Source of the DNA: a virus
Lineage: Duplodnaviria; Caudoviricetes
IMG/VR virus record: IMGVR_UViG_3300046615_000208
Location: 1-64,000 of that record
Length of the DNA: 64,000 bases
Direction: 5' to 3' (one strand)
Of the stretch, positions 24,086 through 34,349 are shown one piece after another. Numbering within the stretch: position 1 is the first letter of the stretch; each line of letters begins with the position of its first letter. The notes under the pieces are model-generated. The model ran no database searches and was not told the DNA's origin. It saw only the letters and a program-made list of their open reading frames with translations. The translations under genes were made by a program, and so were the position numbers.

Positions 24086-25081
24086 ATGCCAATAGAACTA
24101 CCATGGAGTGACAAAAGGGTTGCTGAATTACTAAGATGTGAAAGTGAAACTGCACAAGCGCTTTCAGAGCTTCTAGTTACTGGTGAGGCTGTAATCGGAC
24201 CTCCCGGACCTACTGGACCCACAGGACCGGCAGGACCGGCAGGCCCAAGTGGTCTGAAGGGTGACACAGGATTCACAGGCCCTACTGGTTCACAAGGCCC
24301 ACAGGGTCTAAAAGGAGATAAAGGGGACACCGGAGCCACAGGCCCTAAGGGTGATACGGGGCTGACAGGCCCTACTGGAGCAACCGGGCCACAAGGCATC
24401 AAGGGAGACACGGGGGCGACCGGAGCTACCGGCCCTCAAGGCGGAAAGGGTGATCCCGGAGCTACGGGATCGACCGGACCTGCTGGCAGTGACGGAACAT
24501 CCGTTACAATCAAGGCGACAGTTGCCAATGCTGCCGCCCTGCCTACCACAGGAAATACCAGCGGAGACGGATACATCACCGCGAACGATGGACACCTGTG
24601 GGTGTATGCTCAGGACACGTTCATCGATGTGGGTCTTGTGCGCGGTCCAGTAGGCCCCGCAGGACCGACCGGGGCTACCGGACCTGCTGGCTCTACCGGA
24701 CCTCAGGGCATCAAAGGCGATACGGGTCTAACAGGTCCAACAGGCGCGACCGGTCTGCAAGGCGTCAAAGGTGATACCGGGGACACCGGACCTCAAGGTA
24801 TAGCCGGTCCTGCTGGCCCGACAGGAGCTACAGGGTCAACCGGACCTCAGGGCATCAAAGGCGACACAGGAACAACCGGTGCCCAAGGTGTAGCTGGCCC
24901 TGCCGGTCCCACAGGTCCGACCGGACCAACTGGTGCCACTGGCCCTGCCGGTGCAGCAGGAGCTACTGGAGCCACCGGCCCTGCTGGTCCTACAGGCCCC
25001 GCAGCAGCCATAATTCTAGGCCCACAGGACCCGATTCCGGCCAACACTCCCGCAGGCACAGTAATTTTTAGGACTTCCTAA
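24086..25081 (+). CDS. Collagen-like (Gly-X-Y) protein, probable virion fibre
   Basis: Two long G-X-Y tracts separated by a small beta domain. Confidence 0.85.
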   Translation: MPIELPWSDKRVAELLRCESETAQALSELLVTGEAVIGPPGPTGPTGPAGPAGPSGLKGDTGFTGPTGSQGPQGLKGDKGDTGATGPKGDTGLTGPTGATGPQGIKGDTGATGATGPQGGKGDPGATGSTGPAGSDGTSVTIKATVANAAALPTTGNTSGDGYITANDGHLWVYAQDTFIDVGLVRGPVGPAGPTGATGPAGSTGPQGIKGDTGLTGPTGATGLQGVKGDTGDTGPQGIAGPAGPTGATGSTGPQGIKGDTGTTGAQGVAGPAGPTGPTGPTGATGPAGAAGATGATGPAGPTGPAAAIILGPQDPIPANTPAGTVIFRTS

Positions 25082-26601
25082 TGGCTGTCACACGCGTTGG
25101 GTATGTTACGCACGATAACGCTGGCGGTGGTCTGAACCGGACCATCACACCTGACGGCACCATTGCCACAGGTGACTGGATGGTACTGGTTATTGCATAC
25201 TTCACTGTACAGACTATCACACCTCCATCGGGTTGGACATTTCTCTACAACAGCGTCGCCACAGGAACCCTGAACACCGCCGTTCTCATCAAGAAGCGGG
25301 GCAGTACTGACGGATCATACACTGTCAACTTCTCATCTGGAACCGTTGTCTCCATGGCCCTGATGTGGTTTAGAGGCGCGGCAGACACTGGATGGGTTAC
25401 CGGAACTGGGCGTGCCCGTAGCACCACAGGAAGCACTCTCAACAACATTGCGGACCCTATCACCACAACCGCCGCCAACACCCTAGAACTCGTCATCTCG
25501 ACGGAGCGAACTACAGCTACCGAAACAGACATCACGTCCATGACCGGAGCGACGAAATGGTTCTATAAGGCTCAGAACGGAACCGTACTCGAAACTATCG
25601 CCATAGGCTACGCCGACCGTCCGACAGCCGGGGCAACATCGTCTGTGACCATAGCCTACCCTAACACGCAATCAAGTAACGGATGGGCTGTGCAAATCGG
25701 TATCCCTGCTATACCACAACAGATGGGTCTTCTTGGCTCTATCTGGACTGGAACAGTTGAGGCCCCGATCCATGCAACCAAGTGGAACGGAACTACGGAG
25801 TCAGCAGTATCCAGCTTTGACCTCTACACCGGAGACTACCGAATCTCCGACCTGCTGTCAACCAGTCCTTTCTACATAGCACACCGTGGCGGCGGGGATA
25901 ACTGGCCGGAACACACCTTCCGAAGTTATTCATCCGCAGTGAACTATGGAATGAAGGCTATTGAAGTTTCTACTCATATCACTTCGGATGGCGTCATTAT
26001 CTGCCACCACGACCCCAGCACCCTGAGAATGACCGGCACGGATTTGACTATTGCATCCTCCACCAAGGCTCAACTGGATGCCCTGACAAATACGGCTGCG
26101 TTTACCGACAACCCCAGCCAGAATCGAGAACCGATCCCGACACTGGTCTCAGTACTCAACGCCTACGCTGGGAACCATGTCATCTTCGTAGAGCCGAAGG
26201 CGTTGGGTAACTCGTGGCGTGTCAACACCCTACTTCCGCTACTGAACAGCTATGCCAACTCTACCCAACGAATTATCTGGAAGAGCTATATCAACGCGCC
26301 CGAGTTTGCAAACGCCAAGGCAGCAGGGTACACTACGTGGGGATACATCCTAACGGCTGATCCTGCTCACACGAATAACCTCGGCACCCTGATACCCAAC
26401 CCCAACATCGACCTAATCGGCGTCCAGACCTCCGCGTCAGACGCGTTTGTGACAGATGTTGTCAGCCGAGCCAACGCGGTCGGGAAGAAGGTCATCATGT
26501 GGGAAATTCACACGATTGCGGAACGAGATCGAGCAGTCGCGCTTGGATGCGTTGGGATGATGACTTCAAATCTGTGGGTGGTCCTCCCGAAGTTCCCGTA
26601 G
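25081..26601 (+). CDS. Beta-rich N-terminal domain plus glycerophosphodiester phosphodiesterase (GDPD)
   Basis: IAHRGG..PEHT..AIEVSTHITSDGVIICHHD..L.R. Confidence 0.85.
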   Translation: MAVTRVGYVTHDNAGGGLNRTITPDGTIATGDWMVLVIAYFTVQTITPPSGWTFLYNSVATGTLNTAVLIKKRGSTDGSYTVNFSSGTVVSMALMWFRGAADTGWVTGTGRARSTTGSTLNNIADPITTTAANTLELVISTERTTATETDITSMTGATKWFYKAQNGTVLETIAIGYADRPTAGATSSVTIAYPNTQSSNGWAVQIGIPAIPQQMGLLGSIWTGTVEAPIHATKWNGTTESAVSSFDLYTGDYRISDLLSTSPFYIAHRGGGDNWPEHTFRSYSSAVNYGMKAIEVSTHITSDGVIICHHDPSTLRMTGTDLTIASSTKAQLDALTNTAAFTDNPSQNREPIPTLVSVLNAYAGNHVIFVEPKALGNSWRVNTLLPLLNSYANSTQRIIWKSYINAPEFANAKAAGYTTWGYILTADPAHTNNLGTLIPNPNIDLIGVQTSASDAFVTDVVSRANAVGKKVIMWEIHTIAERDRAVALGCVGMMTSNLWVVLPKFP

Positions 26602-26610
26602 CCAACAATA

Positions 26611-26649
26611 AAAGAAGGCCCGTACTGGAAAGTACGGGCCTTCTTTTTT
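26611..26649. terminator. Bidirectional terminator between convergent genes
   Basis: AAAGAAGGCCCGTAC-TGGAAA-GTACGGGCCTTCTTTTTT. Confidence 0.85.
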
Positions 26650-26654
26650 ATAGT

Positions 26655-28049
26655 CTATAGAACAGTGAAGCTCTGTAGGTCCAGACCGATCTCGGAATCG
26701 ACTACGAAAGCCATAAGACCGGGATCAGAGTCTGATCCGGACTTGTTGGCCCACCAGTCGCTACCGTTGTCCAGTGTCGGAGTAGCAATCCAGTACTTCT
26801 GCTTGCCTGTCTTGCGGCTACGTCCTGAAGGCTTGAGGCCCAAGGTGTGGTAGTGCGCGGTGATAAGGATATCAGCGTCTGCGATTGGTGAGTTTCCGTG
26901 GACCTGCTTGGCCCACCAGTTCTCCATCTGTGCAAGCGTGGAGTCCTCGCCGTGTACAAGGCCGATGTCCAGCCCCTGAACGGGGACAGAAAGGCCTTTC
27001 TCCCAGTCTCCGGGGTAGAGGAAGTCCACATGCCCGAAATCGCTTGGAGCGAGCTTGTAGGCCTTCTCAATCTGCTTCAGGAGGAACAGGCCCCAGTCAT
27101 CGGACGGACGGCCTAGAATGTTCTTACCGTTTCGCCATGCTGAGTGGTTGGAAGGAACACCGCCTACAGTCACCTTGTCGTGAGTCTGGGCCAGAAGAGT
27201 GATAAACTCCTGCTCCAGTGTTCCGGCAAGATCAAGCTGCTGCATGATGCTGAGATCGTTGGTGAAGCCCTGCTGTGCAGTGTTCTCGAAGCTCTCAACA
27301 ACGTCTCCGCCGTCAAGGAAGACAGCCTCGGAACAGTTCTGTTCTGCAATATACTTGCGTAGTCGCTCTTTCTTCTCCATGACTCGTTCGACAAGTGCAG
27401 CAGAGTCTCCGCGAGAGCCTACCTTACCGGCCTGAAGATCGGAGAAAGGTACAATCAGAGTACGATTACTTGCCTTGGGGGCCTTCACCTCCATGGTGGA
27501 AATCAGAGGCTTGACATTCTTGACTTCCGCATATAGAGTTGGAAGATCGAAGGTGTTGGGGTTCTTTCGGACGAGGTCCAGCTTGTATGCTGTACGCCAC
27601 GATCCGTCATAGACCTGCCACTTGGAGAATTTAATAGTACCAATAGGCTCAAACTCGTCAAGGTCTCCGATCTCGGCTAGAATAGCAGAGAAGTCCGTGA
27701 TCTTGTCATCCTCCTGCGGAGGTGTAACAACGATACCGGTGTCTCCATCAATCTCTACCTTTGCTTCCCATCCCTTGGGAGCCTTGACAGGTGTTGGTAC
27801 ACCCAGTAGAGTAGTCGGAGTATCTGTTTCTTCGGGATTCGTCACTTGTGTCCTTGCGTGGAATCTGATGTGATTTGACAACGCATCGGATGAGATGGTA
27901 ATGTTGTGGGTATAAGCCAAGAACCGGGAAATCTCAGTGTACGGGCAACCTTTGCGGAACATCTCGTGGAGTTCGTGGATAAGGTCTGTACTGAGGTTAC
28001 ACGTTAGGCACTGACTATGATAATCGAATAGTTCGGTTGTGTCTGTCAT
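26655..28049 (-). CDS. Metallophosphoesterase (MRE11/SbcD-like) with N-terminal Zn/HTH module
   Basis: SDLQAGK, GGDVVE, PSNH, LVHG, AHYH; N-terminal CLTC..HIRFH. Confidence 0.8.
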   Translation of the reverse strand: MTDTTELFDYHSQCLTCNLSTDLIHELHEMFRKGCPYTEISRFLAYTHNITISSDALSNHIRFHARTQVTNPEETDTPTTLLGVPTPVKAPKGWEAKVEIDGDTGIVVTPPQEDDKITDFSAILAEIGDLDEFEPIGTIKFSKWQVYDGSWRTAYKLDLVRKNPNTFDLPTLYAEVKNVKPLISTMEVKAPKASNRTLIVPFSDLQAGKVGSRGDSAALVERVMEKKERLRKYIAEQNCSEAVFLDGGDVVESFENTAQQGFTNDLSIMQQLDLAGTLEQEFITLLAQTHDKVTVGGVPSNHSAWRNGKNILGRPSDDWGLFLLKQIEKAYKLAPSDFGHVDFLYPGDWEKGLSVPVQGLDIGLVHGEDSTLAQMENWWAKQVHGNSPIADADILITAHYHTLGLKPSGRSRKTGKQKYWIATPTLDNGSDWWANKSGSDSDPGLMAFVVDSEIGLDLQSFTVL

Positions 28050-28111
28050 TCTTCCATTCTACCACATTTTGGTCGTTTGCGAAAGTCGGCGCGTTCTGGT
28101 AGAATAGATGG

Positions 28112-28450
28112 ATGAGTGACAGAGATAATCATACGCCCGAACAACCACACGAAAACCCTAAGCGCGTACAGCTTACACAGACTGCGGCCAGCCTGATCAC
28201 AGGTCAGCGACAGGAAGACTACGGACCTCCGATCAAGAACTTCCAGCGCATCGCCAACCTGTGGAATGACCACATGGAGACTGACATCTTCACGCCCCGA
28301 AAAGTGGCAGAGCTTATGTTGCTTCTGAAGATGGCTAGAACCATCAACTCCCCCACAGAGGACTCGTACATCGATGCCATCGGTTATGCCGCAATCGCTG
28401 GCGAACTGGCTGGTCTCGAATACCTCGCTGAGCAGGAGCAAGACAAGTGA
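28112..28450 (+). CDS. DUF6378-like phage protein
   Basis: RQEDYG.P..NF.RIA.LW..LLKMAR..DSYIDAIGYAA. Confidence 0.8.
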   Translation: MSDRDNHTPEQPHENPKRVQLTQTAASLITGQRQEDYGPPIKNFQRIANLWNDHMETDIFTPRKVAELMLLLKMARTINSPTEDSYIDAIGYAAIAGELAGLEYLAEQEQDK

Positions 28451-28644
28451 TCGACCCTAAGAAGCAACCAATGGCAGGGGAGATCACCTTCTCCTACGAT
28501 GCTTCCATCTTTGACGGTGATCCGGATGACAAGTTTGAGCTTGCTCAGCTTGAATATCAGGAGATTGTCGATGAAGTTCTGGAGGCTATCGAACGTATTG
28601 TAGGACCGACGACTCGTTTTACCCTGAGTATCAATCCGGAGTAA
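28447..28644 (+). CDS. Hypothetical protein
   Basis: Coupled GTGA start/stop. Confidence 0.65.
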   Translation: MIDPKKQPMAGEITFSYDASIFDGDPDDKFELAQLEYQEIVDEVLEAIERIVGPTTRFTLSINPE

Positions 28645-28695
28645 CTCCGTGTCGTGATATGATTATTGTAGCAAATACTACTAGAAAGTGCTACA

Positions 28696-28977
28696 ATGAA
28701 TCAGTTTGAAACGGTGCAAGACCTTATTGCACATTTGTCGTCCCTGCCCACAGAAGTAAAGAATGGCCCCGTCCTGACCGCAAAAGGCGTGTCAGACAGT
28801 GAGGAATTTACCTCGTTGTCTGGCACGTCTTTTATGTATGTAGACAAAGAGTTCAAGTCGGGCTATACTGACGAAGTATGGGATGAAGAAGACCTACTGG
28901 ACTCCGCCGAAGACTCCGATGAAGAGAAGGAGATTCTTGCCAAGTTCAGAAAAACTTTGGTCCTCTGGTTCGAGTAA
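28696..28977 (+). CDS. Hypothetical acidic protein
   Basis: ORF, phage-like. Confidence 0.65.
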   Translation: MNQFETVQDLIAHLSSLPTEVKNGPVLTAKGVSDSEEFTSLSGTSFMYVDKEFKSGYTDEVWDEEDLLDSAEDSDEEKEILAKFRKTLVLWFE

Positions 28978-29045
28978 GTTGACACCAATGATCTGATCCT
29001 GTAGAGTGGTCCCAAGACCAAAACGACGAAAGACAAGGATCAGAC

Positions 29046-29294
29046 ATGGAAAATGAATCGAAACGCGAGAAGTTCCTCTTCTGGCTCATTAAGAACTCGA
29101 AGAAGGTATGGCTCTGGCTACCCGTAGTCATTGTCTCGTCGTTCTTGGCAGGTACTGGCATAAGCGGCCTCACCGGACTGGGGCTGACCCTCTGGGGTGC
29201 GCTCACGTTCGCCGCAGGAATCAACCTCGCACTCGAAGGCGTACTAGGTGCTGACTACGCCAAAAAAGATATGTGGAAGAAAAAGACAAAGTAA
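29046..29294 (+). CDS. Small membrane protein
   Basis: Two hydrophobic segments. Confidence 0.65.
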   Translation: MENESKREKFLFWLIKNSKKVWLWLPVVIVSSFLAGTGISGLTGLGLTLWGALTFAAGINLALEGVLGADYAKKDMWKKKTK

Positions 29295-29305
29295 AGGAAA
29301 GAAAA

Positions 29306-30424
29306 ATGACGCAACTGACTGACCTCGTAGACCTCGACAAGCTGAACGCCCTCATCGCAGACAAGCGTATCGCTGTGCAGGTCCACCCTGCCCTGCCCCT
29401 TCGCATCTACAACTACACCAACCGCGCACAGTTCGCCAATCAGTGGACCACTGAAGAGCGCGTGTGCCGTGGACTGATCGTTGACGAAAACGATAAGGTC
29501 ATCGCTCGTGGTCCGTCCAAGTTCTTCAACTACGGCCAGCCCGGAGCGCCTGAAGTTGCCCTTTCTGACAAAGTCTGGGTCTCCAAGAAGGAAGACGGCT
29601 CCCTCGGTATCGCGTACGCCTACGGTGATCATGTCGGTATCGCTACGCGTGGTTCATTTGCTTCTGAGCAGGCTGCTCGTGCATCCAGCTTGCTTACCAA
29701 TGCTGACAAGGTACGTATCCGCCACAATCTCCGAAACCGCAATCAGACCCAGATTTTCGAGATCGTTTACCCCGGTAACCGTATCGTCCTCGACTACAAG
29801 GGTCTGGAGAAAAACATCCCTCTCGGTTTCGTCAACAACGACACCGGCTTGATTGAAGGCCGTAACCTTGGTGTTCTCTACGGGGACGGTATCTCCAACC
29901 ATGAGATGACTTTCGCGGAGGCTATTGCGCTGCCGATCCCTGACGATGAAGAGGGCTATGTCCTCGACATTCGAAGCTTCGACAAGGCTGGGGAAATCCG
30001 TGGCCACATCAAGCTCAAGGGTGACCGCTACAAGGAGCTTCACGGCGCGATCTTCGGTCTCTCCGAGCGTAAGATTTGGGAGGCCCTTGGCCGTGGCGAG
30101 GACATGGGCGAGTTCGTATCTTCTCTTCCTGATGAGCTTATGCCTTGGGCACAGGGCGTTGTCAACCGGTTGAACGGTGAAATCGGTGAAAAGATCATCG
30201 GAGTAGCGGAGGCGTGGCAGAAGACGATGGCGGAGTTTGGCGAAAACCCTCACGACATCCCTCGTGGTGACGTTGCCCGATTCTGGTCCCAGAACTTCAA
30301 GGACATCACTGGTCCTCTCTTCTCCATGCTTGACTACCGGGAAGAGGCTGTATTTGAATGGGCGCACAAGCAGGTTCGACCTGAGCACAAGCTGTTCCGC
30401 GTCGAAGACGAGAACGCGAACTAA
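29306..30424 (+). CDS. RNA ligase (T4 Rnl1-like)
   Basis: CRGLI, KFFN, motif I KEDGSLG, ATRGSF, FEI, EEGYVL, IKLKG. Confidence 0.9.
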   Translation: MTQLTDLVDLDKLNALIADKRIAVQVHPALPLRIYNYTNRAQFANQWTTEERVCRGLIVDENDKVIARGPSKFFNYGQPGAPEVALSDKVWVSKKEDGSLGIAYAYGDHVGIATRGSFASEQAARASSLLTNADKVRIRHNLRNRNQTQIFEIVYPGNRIVLDYKGLEKNIPLGFVNNDTGLIEGRNLGVLYGDGISNHEMTFAEAIALPIPDDEEGYVLDIRSFDKAGEIRGHIKLKGDRYKELHGAIFGLSERKIWEALGRGEDMGEFVSSLPDELMPWAQGVVNRLNGEIGEKIIGVAEAWQKTMAEFGENPHDIPRGDVARFWSQNFKDITGPLFSMLDYREEAVFEWAHKQVRPEHKLFRVEDENAN

Positions 30425-30693
30425 TGGTTACACCACACGATATCTGGGAGTTCGGCTGGTCGCACACCTATGAAGAACGAAAAGGTTTCATCCAGAGTCT
30501 GGATGTTGAGGACCGTGCATGGGTAAGGGCGGAATTCATTCAGCTTGACAGTAAGTTTGCTGCGCTGGTACAATCCAAGACGAATGATATGTACTCCATA
30601 GACGTAGGAGATTACCCGGATCGTGTCGAAGCTATCAGGGCTTGGGCACGTGATGAAATTGAACCTGAGAAAGAAGAGGAAAAAAATGACTGA
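30424..30693 (+). CDS. Hypothetical protein
   Basis: Coupled TAATG. Confidence 0.65.
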   Translation: MVTPHDIWEFGWSHTYEERKGFIQSLDVEDRAWVRAEFIQLDSKFAALVQSKTNDMYSIDVGDYPDRVEAIRAWARDEIEPEKEEEKND

Positions 30694-31600
30694 ACAAGTA
30701 ATCACCCTGACTCGCGGAATTCCCGGGTCGGGTAAGACTACCTTTGCACGCGCATGGGTAGCTGAGGACCCCGATTGGCGGGTCCGAATCAACCGCGATG
30801 ACATCCGCAAGATGATCGCTGACAAGTTCCACGGCCTTTCGCGGCATCAGGAAGAGACTGTTACCCTTCTACAGAAGGCACAGGCTCGTGCTGCCATCGA
30901 GGCGAAGCTGTCCGTCATCATCGATGACACCAACCTTCGGGCTTCTACTGTAAAACAGTGGCTGGAGCTTGGGGCGGAACTGGGCGTTCCGGTCCAGCAC
31001 GAGGATATTCCGTTCGATCTGGAGCAAGTGGTTGTATGGGACTTTAAGCGGGAGAAGAAGGTGGGCGAGGTTGTCATCCGTGACTTCTACTCCCGTTACT
31101 TCCAGAAGGGTAAATTCCCGGCTTGGCCTACTCTGGAAGAGGGACGTGTCAAGGGGCAGGCATACGTGCCGAACCCTGACCTGCCTAAGGCTGTATGGCT
31201 CGATATCGACGGCACTGTCGCGGATATGAAGCGATGTGGCCGAGGTCCGTTCGAGTGGCACCGCGTTGGCGAGGATGACCCCATCCAGCACGTTGTCGAT
31301 GTTGTCCACGCCCTGCGGGATGCAGGCTACAAGATCGTTGTCATGTCCGGACGAGACGAAGTCTCCAAGGAAGACACTGTCCTGTGGCTGAAGAAGCATG
31401 ACATCCCGTTCGATGACATCTTCATGCGCCCTGAGGGTTCTCAGGAGAAGGACAACAAGATCAAGCATGACCTGTTCTGGGAGCATGTCGCGCCCAAGTA
31501 CGATGTCCGATTCGCTCTGGATGACCGGAACCAAGTCGTTGAGTTCACACGAGACGTACTGAAGATTCCTGTCTTCCAAGTTGCTCCGGGTAACTTCTAA
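30686..31600 (+). CDS. pseT: Polynucleotide 5'-kinase/3'-phosphatase (T4 PseT-like)
   Basis: GIPGSGKTT, NRDDIR, DIDGT, SGR, MR, DDR. Confidence 0.92.
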   Translation: MTEQVITLTRGIPGSGKTTFARAWVAEDPDWRVRINRDDIRKMIADKFHGLSRHQEETVTLLQKAQARAAIEAKLSVIIDDTNLRASTVKQWLELGAELGVPVQHEDIPFDLEQVVVWDFKREKKVGEVVIRDFYSRYFQKGKFPAWPTLEEGRVKGQAYVPNPDLPKAVWLDIDGTVADMKRCGRGPFEWHRVGEDDPIQHVVDVVHALRDAGYKIVVMSGRDEVSKEDTVLWLKKHDIPFDDIFMRPEGSQEKDNKIKHDLFWEHVAPKYDVRFALDDRNQVVEFTRDVLKIPVFQVAPGNF

Positions 31601-31759
31601 ATGGGTAAGTGGAAGCTGACCCCTGAGTGCGGCCAAACGTGGAACCCCGTTCAGCTTGCAAAATGGAGCTACGGGTGGAAGCTACGAGTGCTGGAGAACA
31701 ATGGAAGACGCGTAGGTGTGGCCCTAGGCCCCATCATGCTCTTCTGGGATTTCAGCTAG
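31601..31759 (+). CDS. Small hypothetical protein
   Basis: Abuts the PNK stop. Confidence 0.45.
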   Translation: MGKWKLTPECGQTWNPVQLAKWSYGWKLRVLENNGRRVGVALGPIMLFWDFS

Positions 31760-31853
31760 TTGACAAGGACCGGCTATGAGTGTAAGTTTAACTCATAGCC
31801 GGTTCCTTACAACTGGTGGTAAAATAGATACTACAACCAAGAAGGAGTACGTC

Positions 31854-32144
31854 ATGTCTGATACAGCAACCCTTTCCGCAAAGCCAGCACCTCCCAAGGC
31901 CGCTGAAGCTAAGAAGACAAACATCCTCAACGCTACCCATCGATGTGACCGTTGCAGTGCAGCAGCCTACGTCTTGGTGAACCTGAAGGAGTCGGACAGG
32001 CTGAAGAATGGCGGTTCGCTTCTGTTCTGCGGGCACCACTTCAACAAGTTCGAAGCCAGTCTGCTCCCGTTCTATGATGGCGATCCGATTGACGAACGCC
32101 ACAAGCTTGTGTATGATCGACACACAGGCACGGAAAATTCGTAA
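31854..32144 (+). CDS. Small actinobacterial-type Zn-finger protein
   Basis: RCDRCSAAAYV..LLFCGHH. Confidence 0.75.
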   Translation: MSDTATLSAKPAPPKAAEAKKTNILNATHRCDRCSAAAYVLVNLKESDRLKNGGSLLFCGHHFNKFEASLLPFYDGDPIDERHKLVYDRHTGTENS

Positions 32145-32164
32145 GTAACCAAGAAAGAGACGAA

Positions 32165-32887
32165 ATGACTGACGCAAAACTATATCTAGTAGGAGGTGCA
32201 GTACGAGACCACTACCGGGATGCTAAATCCAAAGACATCGATTTCGCCGTAGAGGCGGATTCCTTTGATGCCATGCGTGATTTCCTCAACGAACGAGACT
32301 TTGAAATCTTCACCGAGGCCGAGCGCTACTTCACCATCCGGGCACGTGCCCCAAAGGGTAAGTTCCAGTTCGGGAATTTCGATATGTCCAACACCACGTT
32401 CGACTTCACCCTGACCCGTAAGGAACGCGACTACACCGATGGTCGGCACCCTGACGTTGTGGAGATGGGAGACATCTACGATGACCTTTCCCGCCGTGAC
32501 TTCACCATGAACGCCATAGCCATCAACTCCAAGGGTAAGACACTCGATCCCTTCAATGGTGTGGACGACATCTATTACTCGACCATCAAATGTGTTGGTG
32601 GAACCGAACGCCTCATCGAGGATGGACTGCGGATTATCCGTGCACTTCGGTTCCGTGTCCAGCTAGGGTTTAGCTTCGATTCGGAGGTACATGATTTCAT
32701 GCTTACCCCGGAAGCCGTAGATGCCCTCAGGAAGGTCTCGCAGGACCGAGTGAGGCAGGAGTTGGCAAAAGCTCTGAAGATCGATCCTATGGCCACTCTA
32801 AGGCTTCTGACGACCTATAGCGAGATTGGTGAGCTTATCTTTGACGAGATGGGAATCTGGTTGGAGCCTACAAGTAAAAACAAGTGA
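32165..32887 (+). CDS. cca: tRNA nucleotidyltransferase (class II CCA-adding), compact
   Basis: LVGGAVRD..DIDF, DL.RRDFTMNA, DPF.G, EDGLRIIRALRF. Confidence 0.9.
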   Translation: MTDAKLYLVGGAVRDHYRDAKSKDIDFAVEADSFDAMRDFLNERDFEIFTEAERYFTIRARAPKGKFQFGNFDMSNTTFDFTLTRKERDYTDGRHPDVVEMGDIYDDLSRRDFTMNAIAINSKGKTLDPFNGVDDIYYSTIKCVGGTERLIEDGLRIIRALRFRVQLGFSFDSEVHDFMLTPEAVDALRKVSQDRVRQELAKALKIDPMATLRLLTTYSEIGELIFDEMGIWLEPTSKNK

Positions 32888-32989
32888 AGAGGGGCCTAGG
32901 AAACTAGGCCCTCTTTGCGTTTGGGTGCTTCTGTGGTAGAATAGAGTGGTAAGGCCTTCACGGTCCCTTCTAGTTTAAGTGAATAACAC

Positions 32990-34279
32990 ATGAACTTTAC
33001 CACTTACGTACTCGATACAAGCGTTCTTCTATCCGCTGGGAAAAAGGCCCTGTATTCCTTTCCGGAAAATAGGATTGTTATCCCCCTTACGGTGGTCAAG
33101 GAGCTTGAGTCCAAGCGAAATGATCCAGAACTCGGACTAGCCGCAAGGTCTGTCCTCAGGGAACTGGATGATCTCAGGAACAAGGGAGACATTAAAAAGG
33201 GAGTCCGTCTCGGAGATAACTCCGAGGTCCGAATTGAAGTCAATCACATTGACAATATCCCGGACATTCTCCGTGCGTACGCAAGTAATGATGTAAAGAT
33301 CATCACTGTTGCCAAGTATCTATCGGATCAGCCCGAAAACAGGAATGTTGTTCTGGTCTCGAAGGACCTTACTCTAAAGATAACAGCTTCCCTTGTTGAT
33401 GTCAAGACTCAGGACTTTGTCCCAATGGACCTTGAATCTGACCACATCGACAGCATCGGTACAGTTTATGTCGCAGATGACGTAATCAACGAAATCCACG
33501 CTGCGGGCACCACCCGTCTGGACCTCGACGTTCCGATCAATGCCTCGGTAATCCTGCGTTCTATGTCTGATGACAGTAAGACCGCTCTGGCTATCGCCAA
33601 GGCTAACTACGAATTCGTCAAGGTGAACTCCCAGAAGATTTTCAAGCTCGACCCTAAGGGTGCAGAGCAGGGAGTGGCAACCCACTACCTCATGGACCCT
33701 AAGATCAAGATTGTTTCTCTTGGTGGCCGTGCTGGTACCGGTAAGACCTCTCTGGCCCTTGCTGCCGGTCTTGCACAGGTGGACGCAGGCCTTTACAAGA
33801 AGGTGACCGTCTTCCGGTCCATGCACGCCGTTGGCGGCGAAGAGCTTGGCTTCCTGCCGGGAACTGCGGAAGAGAAGCTTTCTCCATGGGAAGCAGCTAT
33901 CTGGGATTCCCTAGGGTCCTTCCTAGACTCCCCTGCCCTCGAACACCACAAGCGTCAGGGTCACATCGAAGTCCTCCCGTTGACCCACATTCGCGGTCGT
34001 AACCTGAATGGCAGGTTTATGCTTCTGGATGAGGCACAGAACCTAGAGCGCTCCACCATCATGACCGCTCTAAGCCGTGCAGGAGCCGGTACCAAGGCCG
34101 TCATGTCGTGGGATGTCTCCCAGCGCGACAACTTCAGGGTTGGCCGTCACGATGGCGTTTACGAGGTCGCCAGCCGTCTCCTAGGTGAGAAGCTGTTCGC
34201 CCACGTTTCCCTCCAGAAGTCCCAGCGCTCCGACGTTGCAGAGCTTGTATCCCGCAAGCTGGACGACTACGGGGTTTAA
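32990..34279 (+). CDS. phoH: PIN-PhoH (PhoH2-like) protein
   Basis: YVLDTSVLL PIN; GRAGTGKT, LGFLPG, IRGR, DEAQN. Confidence 0.9.
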   Translation: MNFTTYVLDTSVLLSAGKKALYSFPENRIVIPLTVVKELESKRNDPELGLAARSVLRELDDLRNKGDIKKGVRLGDNSEVRIEVNHIDNIPDILRAYASNDVKIITVAKYLSDQPENRNVVLVSKDLTLKITASLVDVKTQDFVPMDLESDHIDSIGTVYVADDVINEIHAAGTTRLDLDVPINASVILRSMSDDSKTALAIAKANYEFVKVNSQKIFKLDPKGAEQGVATHYLMDPKIKIVSLGGRAGTGKTSLALAAGLAQVDAGLYKKVTVFRSMHAVGGEELGFLPGTAEEKLSPWEAAIWDSLGSFLDSPALEHHKRQGHIEVLPLTHIRGRNLNGRFMLLDEAQNLERSTIMTALSRAGAGTKAVMSWDVSQRDNFRVGRHDGVYEVASRLLGEKLFAHVSLQKSQRSDVAELVSRKLDDYGV

Positions 34280-34349
34280 TCCTATAGCCAAGGCCCCCTC
34301 TTCGGAGGGGGTTCTTGCGTTTTATGGCCGTAAGTGGTAAGCTGTAGGG

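Noticed and set aside
24190-25010. CRISPR-like or tandem DNA repeats
   Set aside because: The periodicity is explained by Gly-X-Y coding; there is no repeat-spacer structure anywhere in the window.
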